Assembly (NCBI GenBank): GCA_043228905.1
Contig: JBHGNT010000014.1
Location: 4,588,001 to 4,652,000, forward strand
Source of the DNA: Azolla caroliniana
Lineage: Eukaryota > Plantae > Polypodiophyta
DNA length: 64,000 bases
Direction: 5' to 3'
Part shown: positions 10,401 to 21,438 of the stretch, piece by piece
Layout of the letters: the number at the start of each line of letters is the position of its first letter
How positions within the stretch are numbered: position 1 is the stretch's first letter
Position numbers and translations under genes: made by a program
Notes under the pieces: model-generated
Seen by the model: only the letters and a program-made list of their open reading frames with translations
Database searches by the model: none
Told to the model about the DNA's origin: nothing

Positions 10401-13400
10401 TGGGCTTTGCCACTTCTTGCTCCGTACAGAGCCGCGTTCTCTTCATTAGGTCGATGATGATCTCGTGGAATTCTTTCTTGGCAATTCTGAGGACCTCTCG
10501 CAGAGTAAACTCTACGTGACTATCGAGGATCCTCTCCTCCACTACCTTCTTCAAGTCCATTGCTTTTTCGATCTTCGAGCAAAGCTTGAAGTTGGGGGGG
10601 TTCCCCTTCTCTTTCCATCTTTTGTCGCGTGCTTGAGACAGGTTCGGCTCTTCCCTTCTTCGTGCACCTCGAGCGTCGTATTTCCTTGATGGACCGGCTC
10701 CCTCGTCATTTCCTACCTTCTTCTCTTCTACCATTACTTCATAGTTTTGGCAAACGGCTTCCACTAAGCCTGTCTTTTCTTCCACCGGATCCTTCCACCC
10801 GGTTGCTTCTTGGACCCTTCTTTCCGCTTCGTCCACTTCTTCTCTTTTGAACTTCCCCTTAGAGAGGCTTCCAAGGATTGATGGCCAAAAGTCAAACTCT
10901 TTCTCCTCTTGCCTCCTCACCTCTTTCCCCACTTGTATCCCAGCTGACGCCGAGTAGTGGACAACTTCAACATGTTGTGCTTTGGCCTCCTCCATTAGCC
11001 TTCTCATGCCCCCTCGGCCTTGATTCAATCCCAAGGGGCGCCTTGTCTCCATCGAATAGACCCTATTGTTCCAAAGATAGACAATATCCTTTCTTAGGGC
11101 CTCTTGAAAGTCTCCACACTCCCTTTGTAGGTGGTCGGGGTTGTCGCACCACATACATCTTTGCGCGAACGGGGGATGTCGATCTTGAGGGCCGCCACTC
11201 TCTCTCCTAGCTTGCGCTATTTGGAGATCTCACACCATCTTTGTGAGCTCGTCTATTGCCGACCCTCCCGACGGTGCTTCAACCACGTTTCTCTCGGGGA
11301 CGAACCTTGCATTTGCTTGCTCTCTTTCTTGAGGTATTCTACCACCCTTGGGTTCGTGTGTCTCACTAATGGAGCCTATGGATGTTTAGCCGGTCAACGG
11401 AGACCCTTCATTCCATTCCCTTCTCTTATCAAAGCGGCTACAAACTCGTTTTACCATAGCCCAATCCATCATGAGCCCATCATTAGTTTCGAGGAGGGAC
11501 CCCAACTTCTCTCGATCTCGTGCATCAACAGTGTTTATGAATAGTAGGACCTTGCTTGTGTCAAGCACCATCCTATCGAGCGTCGAGAGTTGCACAAAGT
11601 GCTTCTCAAATTCTTGTAAAAGTACCATAGTATTTCTCCCCTTGCCGGGAAGCTCAACCCACTCCATTAGATCCCTTTTCGAAATTCTGAGTGAGTCATC
11701 AAGGCCGTACTTCTCGAGGAGTCTTTCTTCGAACTCCACCCAATTGCAACAATCCACTTGGATCTCGAGTACCTCCGCGTGGATACTCGGCGTTACCACT
11801 CTAGCGAATCCGGTTAGCCGTCTATCTTCAGGGACGTTTCGCATAAGCATTTCGGCCTTATAGTCATCCAAGTAGTTCGTGATATCTCTTCCATTGAACC
11901 GACCCATTGTGCTAACCACCATCTCTATGGCCCGGTCTAGGCCGGTGATGCCTTCTTCGGCATTTACCAAGCGGTCCGCCGCCACCGCCATCGCTTCAAC
12001 GAGTTCTCCTCCTCGCATCTTGGTTCTCCCTTACCACCCTTTCACGTCGGGTGCACCAATTTCTGTCAAGAAGTATCGCGCATGTGTGTCTTGGGTCTTC
12101 TCTATCCCTTGAGTACTCCCTAGTCCAAGACCCCCGTGGTCCCGCCCAAGTTTTGCTTTACGACAATACTACTTCCCGACCCCTTCTCGAGCAAGTTCTC
12201 GTTGCCCTTTGTTTTGTGAGGCCGGTGGCTCTCGTTGATCACGACTCGTCAACTTGCCAAGATCACCGCACGAGCCAAGTGACCAAACGGGTACAAGCAA
12301 GATGAACAAGCAACATGAACGCACAAGGGGACGATAACACAAACACGAATGTCCGTATGTCTTTATGAGGAGGAGAGGTGCATGGGCACGCCCGAACGCT
12401 CCCTCGTCAAAAGACGTCGAACGTATGAGGAAGACACAAAACACATGCACAAATGCTCGTATGCGTTTTTGAGGAGGAGAGGTGCATGGGCAAGCCCGAA
12501 CTCTCCCTCGTCACGAGACGGCCGAAGGTACAAGGAAGACACAAACACACGCACGAATGTCCGTATGTCTTTATGAGGAGGAGAGGTGCATGGGCACGCC
12601 CAAACGCTCCCTCGTCAAAAGACGTCGAACATATGAGGAAGACACAAAACACATGCACAAATGCTCGTACGCGTTTCTGAGGAGGAGAGGTGCATGGGCA
12701 AGCCCGAACTCTCCCTCGTCACGAGACGGCCGAAGGTACAAGGAAGACACAAACACACGCACAAAATGCTCGTACGCCTTTATGAGGAGGAGAGGTGCAT
12801 GGGCAAGCCTGAAACGGTCCCTTGTCACGAGACAACCGAACGTACAAGGAAGACACAAACACACACACAAAATGCTCATACGTCTTTATGAGGAGGAGAG
12901 GTGCATGGGCACGCCTGAAACGCTCCCTCGTTACAAGACGGCCGAACGTACAAGACACAAACACACACACAAATGCTCGTACACCTTTATGAGGAGGAGA
13001 GGTGCATGGGCAAGCCCGAAACGGTCCCTTGTCATGAGACAACCGAACGTACAAGGAAGACACAAACACACACACAAAATGCTCATACGTCTTTATGAGG
13101 AGGAGAGGTGCATGGGCACGCCTGAAACGCTCCCTCGTTACAAGACGGTCGCACGTACAAGAAAGACACAAACACACACACAAATGCTCGTACACCTTTA
13201 TGAGGAGGAGAGGTGCATGGGCAAGCCCGAACGGTCCCCTTGTCACAAGATGGCCGAACGTACAAGGAAGACACAAACACACACACAAATGCTCGTATGC
13301 CTTTTTGAGGAGGAGAGGTGCATGGGCAAGCCTGAATGGTCCCCTCATCACAAGACGACCGAACGTACAAGAAAGACACAAACACACACACAAAATGCTC

Positions 13401-14018
13401 GTACGCCTTTATGAGGAGGAGAGGTGCATGGGCAAACCCGAACGGTCCCCTCGTCACAAGACGACCGAACGTACAAGGAAGACACGAATAAAGAAAGAAG
13501 GAGAGAAAGAAACACGAATGATATCGACCAAAGAGATAAATACGTGTTCGATTCCAACACAAGAGGACCCTTTATAAAATAGGGTTTTGTTTACAATGGC
13601 AACTTATAGTTAACCACAAGCTCAATCAAAACATAAATATTAAATGCCCTTAGAGACAAAAGCAAATCCGAACACGGCGAAGATGAACACACAAGCACCA
13701 CCAAAATGCCAATCCCTACGAACCACGACCACTCGAACGGCGAGCACACAAGCTCGCAACGACGAACGGGGCGGAACAACGTCGAACCAACGAAGCTTGG
13801 GCTCACGAGCACTTCGAGTGCCGACGCGAAGAAGACGAGCACGTGGCGATGGGAGGATGAAGGCGTATGAGATGAAGAGAAGTGGTGAATAAGGAGATGA
13901 AGGGCTTCGAAGGAAAATTGGCGATAGTCTCCTCCTCCCCAAAACGTCCTCCCGAATGAGGCCCCCTCGACCTCCTTTTATACGAAAAAAAGAAGGGGGG
14001 TCACCAAATTTGTCGTCA
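7413..14018 (-). mobile_element. Degenerate Ty3/gypsy G2, same lineage as G1 and host of its insertion
   Basis: Broken ORFs 12018-11386 and 11154-10285 (gag), 10324-9875 (PR), 9878-7569 (RT/RH), all homologous to G1; tRNA-Trp-type PBS at 12041-12058; LTR begins at 12064; outer LTR edge (~14018) uncertain. Confidence 0.88.
12330..13490. repeat. Tandem array of 11 units of ~105 bp inside the G2 LTR
   Basis: Core GAGGAGGAGAGGTGCATGGGCA recurs at 12367, 12471, 12575, 12679, 12784, 12890, 12991, 13097, 13202, 13307 and 13413. Confidence 0.95.
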
Positions 14019-14349
14019 ATGAAAAAGGAATAAAATTCCTTAAATCACACTGCACTGTAAGTCCAAATTGAAACTGTGCACCTCTAGCTAATAGTCAATG
14101 TGACTATCCACTAGCCCACTAGCTCTCTCGTATATATTATATAATTCTATCTCTATAAATTCATAGCTTGTCTCCCCTTTACCTTTTATCTCACGTCTCT
14201 CTTACTTTTTGCATGAGATTCTATACCTCCTTTTCACCCTTTCTTTTCATTTTTATTTTGCATATGCACAATTAATCGCTTTTGTGTGCACACACATTGC
14301 ACATGCATATTTTTTACCCCCCCTTTCCCCGGTTTTTCCCACTCTCGAG

Positions 14350-15328
14350 CACGCCACATCACGACAACGCAAATCTATTTTGCTTTCCAACCAGGTATTC
14401 AACAGATCTCTCCAAATGCAGTCCTTTTACTTCTGAAAGAAGTTTCTGGTCGGCTAGGATATGCATGCCTCTCTCACTTATGTGGCCAAGCCTCTTGTGC
14501 GATTTCTCTCCACTCGAGTCGGTTGCCATGTTTGCTTCATCCTTGCACAACTTGGCATGCATCATATACAAAGTGCCTTGTTTCTGTGCTCATGTCACTA
14601 TGAGATTTCCCCAATAGAACTTCCATTTGCCATTTCGAAAACTACCGTTGTAGCCTTCATTGTCCATTCTTCCAATTGATATCAAATTCAACCTGATATT
14701 TGGCACATGTCGAACATCCCTACGGGTTAGCCAACAACTGGTCGACGTTGTCAGGCATACACTTCCGATGGCCAACTATTTTGCATTCTCCATTCTCTCC
14801 CATCTTTACATAGCCATAGTCACCGGCTATGTAAGACGAGAAACACTCTCTCGAGGGAGTTATATGGAACAATGCACCTGAGTTAATCACCCAGGTGCAC
14901 TCTTCATTTGCAAGGTTTGCACTCGCTTGCTCGCAAATGAACAAAAGCCCTTTTCCTTGGAAATCTTTCTGGGTTCGACATTGTTCGAAGCACCTTTGTC
15001 TTTCTTAAGGTATTGATAGCCCTTCTGGAAGTGTCCAGGTTTTCCGCAGTATAAGCATGTGAGTTTTCCTTTGGACTTGGACCTGGCATGAGACTTGTCT
15101 CTCTTGTGTGGACTTCTCTGCTTGCTCCCTCCTCTACCAGGATGTTGTGCCACATTCGCCTCCGTCTGAGAAAGGAAACCCTGTCCTTCTTTCTTGTCTC
15201 CTCGTTTAGAATACTTGTCTTTACCACTTGTAAGGACAAGTTTTCTTCTTGGCACGAGGTACTGAGAAACACCACCAGGTTCTCCTAGCTGTCTAGCAAG
15301 GAACATAGCAGTAACAAGGCTTGCATAG
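14350..15328 (-). pseudogene. Degenerate Ty1/copia fragment F (gag, protease, GAG-pre-integrase)
   Basis: CLYCGKPGHFQK, WVINSGALFHIT, VRHVPNIRLNLIS, KRLGHISERGM, with frameshifts. Confidence 0.85.
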
Positions 15329-15585
15329 TGTTGGCATAAAAGGCCGACTCCTTCCACTTTGTATCCATACAAATGTGAACACGTCCAAATAGTTACGGCT
15401 TTAGTATATAAACTCTAACCTAACATTGTAATGATAACGATCGATCTTGAGTCTTGTAGAGAGAGAGTTACAGAGAAATAGAGAACCTCCATTGAAGCTC
15501 TAACTGTGTTTACTGCGTCTATCTTCTTCTTCTTCTGCTTATCACTAGATATATGTGTTCACGAGCTTTAGGGGTTATCGTACCA
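15329..15585 (+). repeat. Isolated copia LTR related to the LTR at 62889-63118
   Basis: Starts TGTTGGCATAAAAGGCCGACTCCTTCCACTTTGTATCC, a reverse-complement match to ~63082-63118; right end uncertain; no TSD found. Confidence 0.65.
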
Positions 15586-15966
15586 TCTTGTAGTGGAGAG
15601 TGCACGAACTTCGGATCTGTTTCCCATAACGACAATGCTCACAAAAGTCGTTCTTCTTCTGGAGTTTCGGGATGTAGCCGACCGCCATTAGCCTGTCCAG
15701 TCCGGCTTGTGACATATGATCGAGTCGACCATGCCGTAGGTTCGGGTCGGTTGATTCGCCTACATTCATGGCCCCTTTTGGATTGATCGCCATTATTGGA
15801 TACAAGTTGTTGTACTTGTGTCCGCTTCCGATCTTCAGATTTCCTTGGCTGATTGTCCATGTTAGCTCATTGAGAGTCGTTCGGTACCTGTCTTCGGTTA
15901 ACATGTCAATTGAGACTAGACTCCTTTTTAGTGCAGTACCTGACTGACTTGTTGCAAGACTATTGT
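15586..15966 (-). pseudogene. Copia GAG-pre-integrase fragment (apparent host of B1)
   Basis: LRHGRLDHMSQAGL...FCEHCRYGKQ in ORF 15575-16099. Confidence 0.75.
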
Positions 15967-18550
15967 TGTTAAGAATAGCATACGGAAGCTTGTAGAAAAA
16001 CCGGCTTAGCTGGATGACAACAATAAAACAAAGATGAAGGTTTAATGGAGACTTGAGAATACACAGTATGCGGAAGAGACAGAGAGAGCACAATAGCATA
16101 AACTTAATTCAAAATAATAACACTCTACACATACAAATTTCCTACATAACACTTTTTATACAAGTCCTTAAAAGGACTGATGAAAGTAATGACAAGTACT
16201 TCAATGCTCATACGAGCAACTAACACTAACTCCAAGGATCGGACCGTAGGCTCCAATGGCCTATCGGTTCTCACTATTCTGGAGTACGATCTGGTTCTTT
16301 GGTCCGGCTCTAGGTTCCGGATACCAATATATCCGGGCACCTATCTGATTCTCCGTTCCGTATATCAATCCGGCTCTGGTTTATTTAGTCGATTCGGATC
16401 CGGTTGAGCTTGCCCACTCAACACTCCCCCTCAAGCTCACCTTCAGGTTGGATCGTGGTGTGAGTGTCTACCGGTCCTTTCCTCCGGCTCCTCCTGGCAT
16501 CTTCTTGACTTGCTCATGCTCGTCGACCTGTCCTGTCCCGCTTTCCACGACCCATCCGGTTTCGTGCCTCTCAACCTTCTCGGTCGGCTTGTCTGCTCAT
16601 AAGACCCATCTCATCTCCTTCGTTGTTGCGACTCCGACACATCTCGACCCGTCGATTCCTCCGTGTCGATGTCAACTTGCGTTGCCTCCTTGTCTATTTG
16701 GCCTTTGGTTGATCCGACTCCTCTGAATCTAGCACCTCTTCCGAATCGGGTGACTCCGATTCGTTCCAACCTTCAGGCCCTTCACCACGTTGGACCCGTT
16801 GGGAAATCGGTCCCTCCGGATGGGATTGGGTTATGAATGAAGAGGACCCGATGAGAACTGGAAGAGAAGACATATTTGTAAATATGTTTTGAGTAAGCCT
16901 ATTGAAGCTATATTTTTAAATAGCCCTAAGTTCATATAAGTATAAATATGACATAGGGCAATCACTCTATATATGTTATGAATGTTGTCAAATTGTCGTA
17001 TGTATAACTGTTGTATAGAGCGAGTGACAGAGAGAGAGTTAGATACAGAATGGTTTCTATTGTAACCGCCGCTTGGCAAAGAAATAGAGCTTGAGGTCGT
17101 TCCCTCCGAGTCTCTGATTGTACCTTTCTCATATAGTGATAGTATAGAGTTTGTGGGCTCCCATGGTTTTTCCCTATTAGGGTTTTCCAACGTAAACATC
17201 TTGTGTACTCTATATCGAATCATGTGTGTACGTGCATTCACTCTCTATTTCCCATTTATGTGTTTCATTCTCATTAAAGTGATTCAAGACTCAGTTGTGG
17301 CTGAGCAATATTTCGCATTGTTCTCATCAATCTGGTATTAGAGCGAAGAACACAGGAAAATGGAAGAATCGTTTGGCGGCATGTTCAAGCTCACCGACTC
17401 CAACTACTCAGTGTGGAAGTCGAAGATGAGGCATATGATGAGGCATATGATGGTGAAGCTCCGGTACCAAGACGGCTCCAGCATCGCGGAGCACATGAAT
17501 GCCTTCCAAGGGCTTATACATCAAGCCACCTCATTGGAAGTGCCTCTTGTAGAGGTGCTCGCATTGCTCCTGCTCAGTTCCCTCCCGGATAGTTGGAAGA
17601 CGCTAGTTGTCACATTGGGCAACGCCGGGCCGGAAGGAAAACAATTGTCCCTAGCAAGGGTAAAATCAAACTTGCTAGATGAAGAAGCTCGCCAGAAGGA
17701 CTGGGAGTCCGGAACCGATCCGAAGGCCTTGGTCACGGAAGATGACCACAACCGAGGAAGAGGCCGGTATCGGAGTCCCCAAAACCGGGACAAATCAAGG
17801 ACGATATCGAAGTCAAGGGGGAGGCCTTCATGCTTCTATTGCGGGAAGCCGGGACACTTCCAAAAAAACTATCGGCATTTTCAGAAAGAGAAAGAAACTG
17901 GCACTACCGATTCGAAGAAGAGTTCGGATAGAAATGGTTCGGTCCGGAGAGGCCCGGATAGGAAGGGAACGTCGACAATCACGACAAGTGAAGAAGAGCT
18001 GATGCTCATTACCGACGAGGATGAGTTAAACCTTGTCGGCGACGAGACAATCTGGGTTGTTGATTCCTGACCATCGTTCCACCTGACAACGGATCGGAAA
18101 TGCTTCTCATCCTACACTGCCGGTGATCATGGTTGTGTCCGGATGGGGAATGAAGGTACCTGCCGAATTGACAGCATAGGAGATGTGTTGTTGACGACAT
18201 CAACCGGATGCAAGTTGCTGCTGAAGGATGTCTGACACGTTTCGGAGGTTCAACTGAACTTGATATCAGCCGGTCGACAAGATGATGAAGGCTACACGGG
18301 TAGCATCCGGAACGGAGTTATGAAGTTCAGCAAAGGGAGCGTAATAGTGGCTCGAGCCCGGAAGGTCAACACACTATACTTGATGCATGCCCGGATATAC
18401 CGGGAAGAAGAAGTGAATGTTGCATCCGACACTACCGGTGAGCTGTGGCATCAGAAGGGGATGAAGAGACTTGCCAAAGACAATCTCATTCCAGTGAAGG
18501 ATATGCAACTTTAGGAGTGCACCGATTGTTTGGATGCTTCAAGCATTGCA

Positions 18551-18607
18551 AGTTAAGCGTGCTTGAGCCAGAACAGTACTGGGATGGGTGACCTCCCGGG
18601 AAGTCCT
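18551..18607 (+). pseudogene. 5S rRNA-derived segment (A-box, IE, C-box), Cassandra-LTR-like
   Basis: AGTTAAGCGTGCTTGAGCCAGAACAGTACTGGGATGGGTGACCTCCCGGGAAGTCCT matches about nt 50-106 of plant 5S rRNA (recalled sequence); not a full gene. Confidence 0.85.
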
Positions 18608-20821
18608 GGTTACATCTACGATAGTAATGGGTTCGGGGGGGCCCATTGCTATCAAGAGTGGACATGCTCCGTATTCGAGCAGTATATCGACCTGCACTCC
18701 TTGCAAAGCCGTAAGGCAAACACTAAATTGTGAAAAACATATCACCCTCAGTACCCTTGGACGGACACACACCGCAAAGAGTATGGACCGGTAAGGACGT
18801 GTCTTACCGGAATGCGAAGGTGTTCGGGTGTCTCGCATATGTGCATGTTGCAAAGGATAAGAGGGCAATGCTAGATCCGAAGTCCAGGCCATGCATATTC
18901 CTTGGATATGGTGATGATGAGTTTGGTTACCGGGTGTGGGATCTGGTCGACAAGAAGGTGTTCCGGAGTCGGGACATAGTCTTCATGGAAGACAGGACCA
19001 TTGCCGACTAGGAGTCGGAGAAGAAGGTGATGAACTCCGGATCATCCAACAAAAACCGGCTTGAGGACACAAGGATATACCCGGTTGAAAACCAGATGGT
19101 AGCCGGTAACCGGATAACACTCGACGAACCGGTCGGATACAGACAAGAAACTAAACCGATCGAAAAAGAAGAAGGAGACACCGGACCTAGACAAGATCCC
19201 GAATCAGATGAGGATGAGGAACAAACGAAGGAACCGGTAGTCAGAAACCAAGGACGGAGATATCGTCTTTGAGAGAGAAGAATCCCCCAGAGATTTCCGA
19301 ATGTAGAGCATGTGTTGCTAACCGATGAGGGGGAGCCGGAAAGCTTCGAAGAAGCAAAGAGAGATACCCACAGTCACAAGTGGTTGAGTACCATGCAGGA
19401 TGAGATGGATTCCCTGCATGAGAACCACACATATGAACTGACGGAGTTGTCAAAAGGGAAGAGAACACTCCAGAACAAGTGGGTGTACAAGTTGAAACTA
19501 GGAGATGCTGGAAACCCACCGAGATACAAAGCCCGGATCGTGGTGAAGGGCTTCCAGCAGAAGAAAGGAGTGGACTTCGATGAGATCTTTGGCCTGATAG
19601 TAAAAATGACATCCATCCGGACGGTATTGGGCATAGCAGCAAGCATGGACCTCGAGGTAGAGCAACTGGACATCAAGATGGCATTCCTACATGGCAACCT
19701 CGAAGAAGAAATCTACATGCATCAACCGGAAGGATTTGAGAAGAAAGGGAAGGAGCACCTGGTGTGTCGGCTGAAAAAGAGCTTATACGGATTGAAGCAA
19801 GCCCCCTGGCAATGGTACCAGAAGTTCGACTCCTTCATGACCGACCAAGGGTACCACAAAATGCAAGCTGATCAATGCGTGTTTGTGAAGAAATTTGACA
19901 GAGGAGATTTCCTGATACTCCTCCTATATGTGGATGATATGTTGATCATCGGACGAGACCAAGTCAAGATACGGATGCTGAAGAAGGCTCTAAACCGAAC
20001 CTTCTCAATGAAAGACTTGGGTCCGTCAAGACAAATATTGGGAATGCACATCATCTAGGACTGGTCGAAGAAGTTGTTGTGGTTGTCACAGGAGAAGTAC
20101 ATGATAAAGGTACTCCAAAGGTTCAACATGTCGGAGGCAAAACTGGTCAGATCAACACATCCGGTAAATTGCAAGTTGTCCGGAAAGCAAAGACCGAAGA
20201 CAAAGGCAGAGAAGTCAAATATGACAAAGATACCATATGCCTCTACAGTCGGAAGCTTGATGTACGCGATGGTATGTACCCGGCCGGATATCGGATATGC
20301 AGTCGGAGTGGTGAGCCGGTTCATGAGCAATCCCAGAAAAGAACACTGGAATGCAGTCAAGTGGGTACTCCAGTATCTGAAAGGCACCGCGAGTATGTGT
20401 CTCCAGTTTGGCTCAGATAGTCCTCATCTTGATGGATTCACGTATTCAGATATGTCGGTTGATGCGAATACCAGCCAGTCGACATTCGGATAAGTCAGGA
20501 CTTATGCAGTGGGAGCTGTCTCGTGGCAATTGAGGCTACAAAAGATGGTTGCGTTGTCAACTACGGAGGTAGAGTACATGGCAGCTGTGGAAGCCTGCAA
20601 GGAGATAATCTGGATGAAGGACTTCATCGGAGAGCTAGGGATCTAACAGGAGGAATACCAGCTCTATTGTGACAGTCAAAGTGCCATCCACCTTGCAAAG
20701 AACGCGGCCTACCATTCCCGGACGAAACATATCCAGTGGAGGTACCATTGGATCCGGGAGAGAGTAGAAGATCAAGAGTTCGCGCTGACGAAGATCCACA
20801 CGGAGGAGAACGGGTCGGATA

Positions 20822-21438
20822 TGTTAGGAAACATGTCCCTCCGGATGGGAAGTGAGAAGAACAGTGTTGATGAGCAACTCGGCCAAGGCCGATAGGCCAA
20901 GGCCGAATCCGGATGTGGAGTACCCGGCAACGCAGGACCCGGTGAGAACCGAATGTTGAAGGCCCGGTGAGAACCTCTCATCGGATGGAAGGGACATATA
21001 TGTAAATATGTTCCAGAGAGCCCACTGGGGCTATATTTGTAAATAGCCCGAAAGTCATATTAGTATAAATATGACCTAGGGCAAACTTAATAGTAATGAT
21101 GATAGAGTTATTCGTGTAACTCCTGTACAATGCGTAAGAGAGAGAGACAGAGCGACATCCAGAGATTGTTTCTCTGTTGTAACCGTCGTGAGGTGAAGAT
21201 TGTGAGCAAGAGGTCGTTGCCTCTGTGCTCCCTATTGTATTACTTTACATAGTGATAGTTTGGAGTCTGTGGACTCCCGTAGTTTTTCCCTCTCAAGGTT
21301 TTCCACGTTAATATCATGTGTATTCTCTTTTTAGATTGTTCATGCACTTACCTCCATTCCCATTTCTTCTGTGTTCGACTGTATAAAGTGATTTACCCTT
21401 CGGTTGTTGCCGGAGATTATTCCACGTATTCCTTGACA
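20822..21438 (+). mobile_element. Solo LTR (A-related) inside the A1 RNase H region
   Basis: TG...CA, 617 bp, perfect TSD GGATA (20817-20821 and 21439-21443); shares TCCCTCCGGATGGGA start with A LTRs. Confidence 0.92.

Noticed and set aside
12330-13490. CRISPR-like array, or the 310-aa repetitive ORF
   Set aside because: The between-core segments are homologous rather than unique spacers, there are no cas genes, and the context is a eukaryotic LTR; the ORFs are by-products of the repeat
18532-18617. Functional 5S rRNA gene
   Set aside because: Most of the 5' ~50 nt is absent and there is no oligo-T terminator; the GGATGC at 18532 overlaps host copia sequence
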